From: a virus
Taxonomy: Duplodnaviria > Caudoviricetes
Reading direction: 5' to 3' (one strand)
Length of the DNA: 26,291 nucleotides
Virus record (IMG/VR): IMGVR_UViG_3300044655_000029
Coordinates: 1 to 26,291 of that record
Of the stretch, positions 19,039 through 26,291 are shown piece after piece (positions within the stretch are counted from its first letter, which is position 1; the number at the start of each line of letters is the position of its first letter). Under the pieces are notes generated by a model. That model saw only the letters and a list, made by a program, of their open reading frames with translations, was not told the origin of the DNA and did not search any database. Both the position numbers and the translations under genes were made by a program.

Positions 19039-19901
19039 CTGTAGAAAAAGAAGCAGAGTCTGAGTACATAGTATTTTGCCCATTCCATTCGAATCATAGA
19101 ACCCCTGCTGGAGAAATAAATAAATATACTGGATTGTTCTTTTGTTTTTCATGCAGTAAAACAGCAGACCTAATAGAACTAGTAATGCATTTTTCCAATA
19201 GAACATATTTTGAGTCTGTTAGATTTATCAAAAGTAAAGAAGTTGAGACAAACATACTGTCTGAAGTTAATAATAAGTTAATTGAAAAAGAAGAGTGGAC
19301 AGAGTTTGACATGTCTGTTGTCAACAGACTTCATGAGCAGGCGCTTAACTCAGAAAGAGCAAAAGAGTATTTTGTTAAAAGAAAGATTACTAAAGAGTCT
19401 GTTGTAAAGTTTAAACTTGGTTATTCTGAAAACCAAGATATGATCTCTATCCCAGTACAAAATAATGATGGACTGTGTGTAGGGTTTGTTGGAAGATCTG
19501 TTGAGGGTAAAGACTTTAAGAATACATCCAAACTTCCAAAGTCTAAATTATTATTTAATTTAAATAGAGTAAAGACTGCATCTAAGGTTTATGTAGTGGA
19601 GTCATCATTTGATGCCATTAGGTTAGACCAGGTTGGCTTTCCAGCCGTTGCAACGTTGGGTGCTAACGTATCATCCAAACAAATAGATTTGCTTCAAAAA
19701 TACTTTAGTGATATAATTATTATTGCTGATAATGATGAGGCAGGCGGTAACATGAAAGAAAAGATAGTCGAAAGACTAAATGGAAATGTTACTGTGATTA
19801 ACTTAGATAAACAATATAAAGATATAGGCGACATGGACGACAAGTCAATAAAGGAATTGGAATACCAATTTGACAAATCAATATTGTCTATGCTACAATA
19901 G
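18957..19901 (+). CDS. dnaG: DnaG-like DNA primase (CHC2 Zn finger + TOPRIM)
   Basis: CPFH...CFSC zinc finger, GFVGR, VVESSFDA, ATLG, DNDEAG, KDIGD. Confidence 0.93.
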   Translation: MDTRDRRNQASIYTANQIKRVLAGSGVTVEKEAESEYIVFCPFHSNHRTPAGEINKYTGLFFCFSCSKTADLIELVMHFSNRTYFESVRFIKSKEVETNILSEVNNKLIEKEEWTEFDMSVVNRLHEQALNSERAKEYFVKRKITKESVVKFKLGYSENQDMISIPVQNNDGLCVGFVGRSVEGKDFKNTSKLPKSKLLFNLNRVKTASKVYVVESSFDAIRLDQVGFPAVATLGANVSSKQIDLLQKYFSDIIIIADNDEAGGNMKEKIVERLNGNVTVINLDKQYKDIGDMDDKSIKELEYQFDKSILSMLQ

Positions 19902-19914
19902 AAAAAACAAGGAG
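19870..19914 (+). promoter_or_regulatory. sigma70-type promoter and SD for ssb-dnaE-recA
   Basis: TTGACA (19870-19875), 18-bp spacer, TACAAT (19894-19899) with extended TG; SD AAGGAG (19909-19914); ATG 19920. Confidence 0.7.
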
Positions 19915-19919
19915 AAATA

Positions 19920-20579
19920 ATGAATAAAATAGTAGGACTAAAGAATATAAATGCTTTACTAGATAAGAAGACAGATGAAAACGGTCCAAAGGTTCGCTGG
20001 CTAAAGTTAGCCGATGGACAGGCAGTAAAGATTAGATTTATTGAAGAGTTGGACGAAGACTCTGCAAACTATAACGAAAAGCGTGGACTTGCATTCGTTG
20101 TTAAGGAACACACAAATCCAAAGGATTACAAGCGCAAGGCTGTAGACACACTAGAAACAGAAGGTCGTGACTGGGCTGAAGAGATGTACCGCAAGGATCC
20201 AAAGGGAAATAGTGGATGGCGTGGCCGTCTTCGTTTCTATTGCAACGTTCTTGTCGACGACGGTATCGAAGCACCATATGTTGCTATCTGGTCAATGGGT
20301 ATCAGCAAGCAATCATCATTTAATACAATCCGTGAGTATGCACTTGAAACAGGAAGCATCTCAAACGTTGTTTGGAAGTTAAAGCGTAATGGTCAGGGAA
20401 CTGAAACATCATACACTTTGATTCCTTCTGCTCCAGATAAGGAGCCTTTTAACTGGGAAGGTGTTGAACCATATGCTCTAGAGAAGGCATTGCGTCGAGT
20501 TCCATATGCGGAGCAAGAAGCATTCTATCTAGGTTTTGATTCACCTTCATCTACATCAGCGACGAATATCGACTGGTAG
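19920..20579 (+). CDS. Single-stranded DNA-binding protein (gp32-like/actinophage type)
   Basis: 219 aa between primase and polymerase; pattern KIRF...R.Y.NV...KLKRNGQGTETSY.L.P; low-complexity tail ending in acidic/aromatic IDW. Confidence 0.75.
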   Translation: MNKIVGLKNINALLDKKTDENGPKVRWLKLADGQAVKIRFIEELDEDSANYNEKRGLAFVVKEHTNPKDYKRKAVDTLETEGRDWAEEMYRKDPKGNSGWRGRLRFYCNVLVDDGIEAPYVAIWSMGISKQSSFNTIREYALETGSISNVVWKLKRNGQGTETSYTLIPSAPDKEPFNWEGVEPYALEKALRRVPYAEQEAFYLGFDSPSSTSATNIDW

Positions 20580-20582
20580 TAG

Positions 20583-23500
20583 ATGAACTACGTACCACTA
20601 CACTTACATACTCACTTTTCATTGTTCGACGGTATTGGGTTGCCGTCTGAATATGTAGATCGTGCTACAAAATTGGGTATGCCTGCAATTGCTATTACAG
20701 ACCATGGCTCCCTTTCTGGCCACAGAGAAATGTATCGTATTGCTAAAGCAAGTGGTATAAAGCCTATTCTTGGCATAGAAGGTTATATGTGTGAAGATCG
20801 CTTTGATCAAAGAGATAAAAGCGAGAGAGCCGATCAACTAGATATGGTTTATAACCATATAATACTTCTAGCCAAGAATAAGGTAGGTTTAGAAAATTTA
20901 AACAAATTAAATGAAATTGCATGGACAGAAGGATATTACAAAAAGCCTAGAATAGATTTTGAAGTTCTTGCAAAATACAAAGAAGGAATTATTGTTTCCT
21001 CTGCATGTCCTAGCGGAATTATCGCTAAGTCAATTGAACTTGGTGAACTTGGCATGGCAAAGAAATATATTAAATGGTTCAAAGAACAATTTGGCGATGA
21101 TTACTATCTTGAAGTAATGCCACATAATGATGACTCAATAAATAGAAATATTTTATTGTTAGCCGATGAATTTAAAGTTAAGCCAATTGTTACTCCAGAC
21201 TGTCATCACGTAGATCCATCTCAGAAAGAAATTCAAGAATTAAAACTTATCTTGAATACATACTCTAATAAGATTCAGAAGGATGCTACATACGAAAAGT
21301 CTAAAAAGCAAGGGGACTTAATGAGGCGTCTGGATTACCTATATGGCGCAGATAGACAAATGTCATTTAATAAGTTTGATATTCATTTATTATCTTATGA
21401 AGAGATTCAGGCTGCCATGGAGAAGCAGGCAATCTGGAGAACTGACATTTATGAAAATACAATCGACCTTGCTAACAAAATTGAAGATTATGATATTCAG
21501 GATAACCTGAACCTTCTTCCAGTTCAGTATAAAAATCCAGACAAGCAATTAAAAGAATTGGCTATGGCTGGTTTGGCAGAAAAAGGTCTTGACACAAACC
21601 AAGAATATCTTGATAGACTTGAAGAAGAGTTAACTGTAATTCAAGATAAAAAGTTTGGTCCATACTTCCTTGTTGTTCAAAGCATGATCTCTTGGGCAAA
21701 GAAGGAAAAGATTATGGTTGGGCCAGGTCGTGGATCATCTGCTGGTTCTTTACTTTGTTATGCACTGGGCATCACTGACATCGATCCATTAAAGCATGGA
21801 CTACTATTCTTCCGATTTATTAATCCAGAGCGTAATGACTTTCCTGATATTGATACAGATATTCAAGATACTCGTCGTGACGAAGTAAAAGATTATCTTG
21901 TTAGGCAGTATAAGCATGTTGCATCTATCGCAACATTTTTAGAATTTAAAGATAAAGGTGTTGTACGAGATGTTGCTCGTGCATTGAATATTCCATTAGT
22001 AGATGTTAATAAAGTTTTGAAGTTAGTAGATACTTGGGATGAGTACTGCACATCAAAAACTACTGCATGGTTTAGAGAGAAATATCCAGAGGTGGAGCAA
22101 TATGGAGAACAACTTCGTGGTCGCATTAGAGGTACTGGCATACACGCTGCTGGTGTTGTCACTAGCAAAAATCCTATTTTTAGGTACGCACCGATGGAGA
22201 CACGTAATTCTCCTGGTTCCGATGAGCGTATTCCTGTTGTGGCAGTTGATATGGAAGAGGCTGAAAAAATTGGTCTTATCAAGATCGACGCACTTGGACT
22301 TAAGACCTTAAGTGTTATTAATGACACAGTAAATATAATTAAGGAAAGAGAAGGAGTTGACATAGACTTATTGAATATAGATATGTCAGATCCAAAGGTT
22401 TATGAGATGCTTTCACAAGGATACACAAAGGGAATCTTTCAGTGTGAAGCAACGCCATATACAAACCTACTTGTTAAAATGGGTGTCAAAAATCTAGAAG
22501 AGTTATCTGCCTCAAACGCTTTGGTTCGTCCAGGTGCTATGAATACTATTGGCAAGGACTATATCGAAAGAAAGCACGGCAGACAGGCAGTAAATTATTT
22601 ACACCAAACTATGAAGCAGTTCACAGAAGAAACATATGGGTGTATCCTATACCAAGAGCAGGTCATGCAGGCTTGCGTTCAACTTGGAGGGATGTCATGG
22701 TCTGAAGCGGACAAGGTTCGTAAGATCATTGGTAAAAAGAAAGATGCTAGAGAATTTGATGTGTTTCGTGATCGTTTCGTTGACGGTGCTAGTAAGTTTA
22801 TTAGTCCTAATCAGGCTCGTGATCTATGGCATGACTTTGAGGCGCATGCGGGTTATTCGTTCAACAAGTCTCATGCGGTTGCTTACTCTACGCTCTCGTA
22901 TTGGACGGCATGGCTAAAGTATTATTATCCACTAGAGTTTATGTACTCATTATTAAAAAATGAAAAGGACAAAGATGCGAGAACTGAATATCTTATTGAA
23001 GCGAAAAGAATGGGTATTAGCATTAAATTACCTCACATTAACGATTCGGATATTGATTTTAAAATTGAGGGTAAGGGTATTAGGTTTGGACTCTCGGCGA
23101 TCAAGTTTATCTCTGATAAGATTGCAGAACGATATATATCGGCACGACCTTTTAAGTCTTTCGAGGAAGTTAAAACCTTTACATTTACGAAAGGTAATGG
23201 AGTCAACAGCAGAGCACTTGAAGCGTTAAGGCTGATTGGAGCAGCAACATTCCCTGATAATCCAAGAAATGATGATGAGTTACGAGAACACCTTTATGAA
23301 TATTTGGGGTTGCCAGAATTTACACAAACAGTTCCATCACACTATCATGCATTTATAAATTCAGTAGAAGACTTTGAGGAAAAGGGTTCTTTCATTCTTA
23401 TGGGAATGGTTAAGGGTATTAAGCGTGGTAAAGGGTGGTCTCGTGTTGAGATATTGGATAAGACTGGAAGCATAGGAGTATTTGATGAAGAACAAACTAC

Positions 23501-23861
23501 AATTGAGGCTGGACGAAGTTATATTGCACTCTGTACTGATAACAGAATTGTTAGTGCTGTTCCTGTGGACGAACTAAAGGGATCTGATGCAGCGCTGATT
23601 AAGTTTTTAAATTATCGAATGCTTCCATATAAAGATGATGAGTTATTTGTTGTATCGTTTAAACCAAGAATAACAAAGGCAGGTAAAAAAATGGCGTCTC
23701 TTACTCTAGCAGATACTTCCAGAGAGTTGCATTCTGTGACAGTATTCCCTACAGCATTTGCTAAGGCATACATGAAAATAGAAGAAGGCCACGCATACAA
23801 GTTTGAATTTGGCAAAACCAAAGATGGTACCGTAATATTGGAGGATGTAAATGTCGGTTAG
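20583..23861 (+). CDS. dnaE: DNA polymerase III alpha subunit (family C, DnaE-like)
   Basis: PHP domain (HLHTHFS, TDHG, GIEGY, SACPSG, PDCHH), GPGRGSSAGS, catalytic PDIDTD, HAAGVV, KIDALGL, YQEQVM, YSFNKSHA, HhH and C-terminal OB folds. Confidence 0.97.
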   Translation: MNYVPLHLHTHFSLFDGIGLPSEYVDRATKLGMPAIAITDHGSLSGHREMYRIAKASGIKPILGIEGYMCEDRFDQRDKSERADQLDMVYNHIILLAKNKVGLENLNKLNEIAWTEGYYKKPRIDFEVLAKYKEGIIVSSACPSGIIAKSIELGELGMAKKYIKWFKEQFGDDYYLEVMPHNDDSINRNILLLADEFKVKPIVTPDCHHVDPSQKEIQELKLILNTYSNKIQKDATYEKSKKQGDLMRRLDYLYGADRQMSFNKFDIHLLSYEEIQAAMEKQAIWRTDIYENTIDLANKIEDYDIQDNLNLLPVQYKNPDKQLKELAMAGLAEKGLDTNQEYLDRLEEELTVIQDKKFGPYFLVVQSMISWAKKEKIMVGPGRGSSAGSLLCYALGITDIDPLKHGLLFFRFINPERNDFPDIDTDIQDTRRDEVKDYLVRQYKHVASIATFLEFKDKGVVRDVARALNIPLVDVNKVLKLVDTWDEYCTSKTTAWFREKYPEVEQYGEQLRGRIRGTGIHAAGVVTSKNPIFRYAPMETRNSPGSDERIPVVAVDMEEAEKIGLIKIDALGLKTLSVINDTVNIIKEREGVDIDLLNIDMSDPKVYEMLSQGYTKGIFQCEATPYTNLLVKMGVKNLEELSASNALVRPGAMNTIGKDYIERKHGRQAVNYLHQTMKQFTEETYGCILYQEQVMQACVQLGGMSWSEADKVRKIIGKKKDAREFDVFRDRFVDGASKFISPNQARDLWHDFEAHAGYSFNKSHAVAYSTLSYWTAWLKYYYPLEFMYSLLKNEKDKDARTEYLIEAKRMGISIKLPHINDSDIDFKIEGKGIRFGLSAIKFISDKIAERYISARPFKSFEEVKTFTFTKGNGVNSRALEALRLIGAATFPDNPRNDDELREHLYEYLGLPEFTQTVPSHYHAFINSVEDFEEKGSFILMGMVKGIKRGKGWSRVEILDKTGSIGVFDEEQTTIEAGRSYIALCTDNRIVSAVPVDELKGSDAALIKFLNYRMLPYKDDELFVVSFKPRITKAGKKMASLTLADTSRELHSVTVFPTAFAKAYMKIEEGHAYKFEFGKTKDGTVILEDVNVG

Positions 23862-24864
23862 CATTGAAGATGTATTAGCACAGTTAAACCCTAAGTTAAG
23901 AAAGAGCATATTGGTAGGAGATGAAGTCCCTAAGACTGAATATGCAGCAACACCTAGTCACGGGCTTAATCGTGCCCTCAATGGCGGACTTCCATATGGA
24001 AGACAGGTATTGATATGGGGATCAAAGTCATCTGCTAAATCATCTTTATGCTTACAGACAATTGCATTAGCGCAACAAGAAGGAAAGGTCTGTGCATGGA
24101 TTGATGCCGAAATGTCCTATGATAAAGCGTGGGCAGAGAAGTTAGGTGTAGACACATCAAAACTAATTGTTTCTCAGGCAAGAACAATTAATGAAATGGT
24201 TGATGTCGGTGTAAATCTAATGGAGGCTGGAGTAGATTTAATTGTTGTAGATTCAATTACGTCTCTTCTACCTGCTATTTATTTTGAAAAAGATTCTGAC
24301 GAACTAAAGCAATTAGAAAACACAAAACAAATTGGTGCCGAGTCTCGTGACTTTAGTAATGCATGGAAGATGATTAACTACGCTAACAACAAGGTCAAGC
24401 CAACACTGTTTATATTAATTAGTCAATCACGAAATAATATTAATGCAATGTATACAAGCCAACAGCCAACTGGTGGACAGGCTACTAAGTTTTATTCCTC
24501 TACTGTTGTTAAACTATTTTCATCAGAATCAGATAACCAAGCATTGAAGGGAAAGATTTATGTTGGTGACAAGGCTATTGAAGAAAAGGTTGGTAGAAAA
24601 GTTAGATGGGAACTCCAGTTTTCAAAAACTAGTGCTGCTTTCCAGTCTGGTGAGTATGATTTCTATTTTAGAGGCGATAATTTGGGCATTGACTCTATCG
24701 CTGATCTTGTTGATACTGCTGAATCTTTGGGTATAGTTGAAAGAACTGGAGCATGGTATGTTCTTCCAGATGGGTCAAAAGTTCAAGGTAGAGATGGATT
24801 TGTTAACAGAGTAAGAGAGGATCTTGATCTACAAGAAATGATTAAGGCTAAGATCAGTGGATAA
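23851..24864 (+). CDS. recA: RecA/UvsX-like recombinase
   Basis: GGLPYGR, variant Walker A GSKSSAKSS, WIDAE, Walker B IVVDS, ISQ.R, TGGQATKFYS, GAWY, QGRD. Confidence 0.93.
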   Translation: MSVSIEDVLAQLNPKLRKSILVGDEVPKTEYAATPSHGLNRALNGGLPYGRQVLIWGSKSSAKSSLCLQTIALAQQEGKVCAWIDAEMSYDKAWAEKLGVDTSKLIVSQARTINEMVDVGVNLMEAGVDLIVVDSITSLLPAIYFEKDSDELKQLENTKQIGAESRDFSNAWKMINYANNKVKPTLFILISQSRNNINAMYTSQQPTGGQATKFYSSTVVKLFSSESDNQALKGKIYVGDKAIEEKVGRKVRWELQFSKTSAAFQSGEYDFYFRGDNLGIDSIADLVDTAESLGIVERTGAWYVLPDGSKVQGRDGFVNRVREDLDLQEMIKAKISG

Positions 24865-25033
24865 GTACATGATAGTTGAAGGAAAATTTCCTTGCAAAAC
24901 TTGTAAAAAAGAAGTAAAGACTATCAGAGTATATACCTCAACTGGTATGGCATCTTGGATGTGCTCTGAAAAACATTTATCAGAGGTACATTTATTTAAA
25001 GTTGGATATAAGAAAGTAAAAAGAGATGAGTGA
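24857..25033 (+). CDS. Small Zn-ribbon protein (58 aa), absent from the ORF track
   Basis: Translated by hand from GTG 24857: MDKYMIVEGKFPCKTCKKEVKTIRVYTSTGMASWMCSEKHLSEVHLFKVGYKKVKRDE*. It has CxxC-x19-CxxxH and fills the recA-resolvase gap, overlapping both neighbours. Confidence 0.75.
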   Translation: MDKYMIVEGKFPCKTCKKEVKTIRVYTSTGMASWMCSEKHLSEVHLFKVGYKKVKRDE

Positions 25034-25316
25034 GAGAGGCGAGAGTAAAAGAATAGGTGCCAAGCAGCACAAAAATTCTGGTAGAAATACCAAGAAAGGC
25101 GATGCTACTTGGGAAAATTTTACTGTAGATTTTAAAGAGAACTCAAAATCTTTTACATTAAACCAGGATGTGTGGGCTAAGGCAGTCACAGATGCTATAC
25201 GAAATGGCAACGACCCAGCAATTGTTGTGGTACTTGGCGAGGGTAACAAGAAGGTAAGACTTGCTATAATAGAGTTAGAACTACTAGAACAGATGGTGAA
25301 TAATGGAACAGAGTAA
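25026..25316 (+). CDS. Holliday junction resolvase-like PD-(D/E)xK nuclease (Hjc type)
   Basis: 96 aa: N-terminal E, SG....GD, VDFK, and C-terminal P.IVV; located downstream of recA. Confidence 0.75.
   Translation: MSERGESKRIGAKQHKNSGRNTKKGDATWENFTVDFKENSKSFTLNQDVWAKAVTDAIRNGNDPAIVVVLGEGNKKVRLAIIELELLEQMVNNGTE
25262..25270 (+). promoter_or_regulatory. Extended -10 TGCTATAAT within the resolvase gene
   Basis: Perfect TGn-TATAAT about 30 nt upstream of ATG 25303. Confidence 0.4.
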
Positions 25317-25608
25317 TACAACGCTTGATATGGTCAATGGTTTGTCAGAAATAGCAGAGTATATGGAGGACGAGGAGTTAACCTCTGCCCTAACATTTAT
25401 TGCTAAGATAATTATAAAGCCAGATATCCCCATGAGCGTGGCTACTGTAGAGATAGTTAGACTACAGGCAATTGCAGCCAAGATGGCATTCAGGGCTACA
25501 TGGATGGCTAATGTGGATAAGTCAAATAGGGGAAAGAAAAATATTTACTATACAGCAGCAGAGTCAATAAACAGTCTTGTGTCTGCTCTTAAATACATAA
25601 TTAAGTGA
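25303..25608 (+). CDS. Hypothetical all-helical protein
   Basis: 101 aa, overlaps the upstream gene, protein-like composition. Confidence 0.7.
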   Translation: MEQSNTTLDMVNGLSEIAEYMEDEELTSALTFIAKIIIKPDIPMSVATVEIVRLQAIAAKMAFRATWMANVDKSNRGKKNIYYTAAESINSLVSALKYIIK

Positions 25609-25612
25609 TATC

Positions 25613-25637
25613 TGCTATAATTAATACAAACAAAGGA
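25613..25637 (+). promoter_or_regulatory. Extended -10 promoter TGCTATAAT plus SD AAGGA
   Basis: Intergenic TGCTATAAT (25613-25621); AAGGA at 25633-25637; ATG 25643. Confidence 0.6.
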
Positions 25638-25642
25638 TAACA

Positions 25643-26291
25643 ATGACTAAAAATTTATTGAAGCAAGTAATGATAAAAAATCCAGACAAAACCTATGAGT
25701 CTAAAGAAGACACAAGTTTTATTGACGGAATAATAGAAAAAATAGAATCTGGTTACATGACAAAAACAAAGCCAAGATTTAGTAAGAAGACAAATTTTTC
25801 AGCATCTGCTTTAACTTACGGCGCAGGTGAGTGTCCAAGATACTGGTACCTTGCATTTGATGGGCAGGTTCATTATGATAATTCTGACGCATTCGGTGTT
25901 GCTAATAGAACTAACGGAACCCTTGGTCACGAAAGAATTCAGGAAGCCATTCAGGCTTCAGGACTACTTGATGAAGATATGGAATTCGATCCCATTGAAA
26001 GAAAATATAATAAGCAAACTCATCCAGCAATGGAGTTTAGAGTTAAATTAGACGACCCACCTTTTGACGGGTATGGAGATGTCATGCTTAATCATAATGG
26101 TGAAAGAATCATTGGTGAAATCAAAACAATAATGAATGAAGGTTTTGAATACAAAAAGAATAGCAGAAAGCCTAAGATGGGTCATCTTATGCAATTGCTA
26201 ATCTATATGAAGGTTTGGAAAGTCGGCAAGGGTGTAATGATTTATGAAAATAAAAATAATCATGAGTTGTTGACTTTACCAGTAGTAGTAA
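25643..26291 (+). CDS. Cas4-like/RecB-family PD-(D/E)xK exonuclease (3'-truncated; not in ORF track)
   Basis: Translated by hand: MTKNLLKQ...FSASAL...CPRYWY...GTLGHE...EFRV...GYGD...EIKT...HLMQLLIYM; open to the window end. Confidence 0.88.
   Translation, partial: MTKNLLKQVMIKNPDKTYESKEDTSFIDGIIEKIESGYMTKTKPRFSKKTNFSASALTYGAGECPRYWYLAFDGQVHYDNSDAFGVANRTNGTLGHERIQEAIQASGLLDEDMEFDPIERKYNKQTHPAMEFRVKLDDPPFDGYGDVMLNHNGERIIGEIKTIMNEGFEYKKNSRKPKMGHLMQLLIYMKVWKVGKGVMIYENKNNHELLTLPVVV

Noticed and set aside
22039-23229. Three ~90-aa +1-frame ORFs nested in dnaE, one with a hydrophobic stretch
   Set aside because: Explained by dnaE codon usage (few NTA/NTG-A junctions); separated by stops, no RBS, non-protein-like composition.
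17477-24864. Inteins or introns in DnaB, DnaE or RecA
   Set aside because: Protein lengths are normal, motifs are contiguous, and no C...HN-C/S/T or LAGLIDADG signatures were seen.
25827-26051. 74-aa + strand ORF in the ORF track
   Set aside because: It lies out of frame within the clearly real Cas4-like gene starting at 25643.
1-26291. Stop-codon reassignment
   Set aside because: Genes are full length under the standard bacterial code, and TAA, TAG and TGA all terminate genes at sensible boundaries.

Overview
The window is a gene-dense, AT-rich segment of a tailed dsDNA phage genome with every real gene on the + strand. It is probably a large long-tailed actinobacteriophage-like virus: the gene order resembles large Streptomyces siphoviruses, but the low GC suggests a low-GC host such as a freshwater actinobacterium (inference). 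It runs from a 5'-truncated giant tape measure protein (TMP, >2929 aa) through a tail-tip module, a Zn-finger/MerR-like HTH junction, and a replication/recombination module (DnaB, DnaG, SSB, DnaE, RecA, an unannotated Zn-ribbon, an Hjc-like resolvase and a Cas4-like nuclease). Three observations stand out. (1) The TMP contains an internal ~850-aa non-helical cassette bounded by repeated PGF-x-x-G-type motifs and by two hydrophobic segments. It includes a HipA/PI3-PI4K-like kinase domain and a second unknown domain, making it a candidate system for delivering injected effectors with the tail ruler. (2) A manual scan found no AGCT, CCGG or CGCG in 26 kb although other 4-bp palindromes are common. 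(3) Near-consensus sigma70/sigmaA promoters lie inside the 3' ends of coding genes. All protein calls come from motif recognition by eye; no database searches were run.
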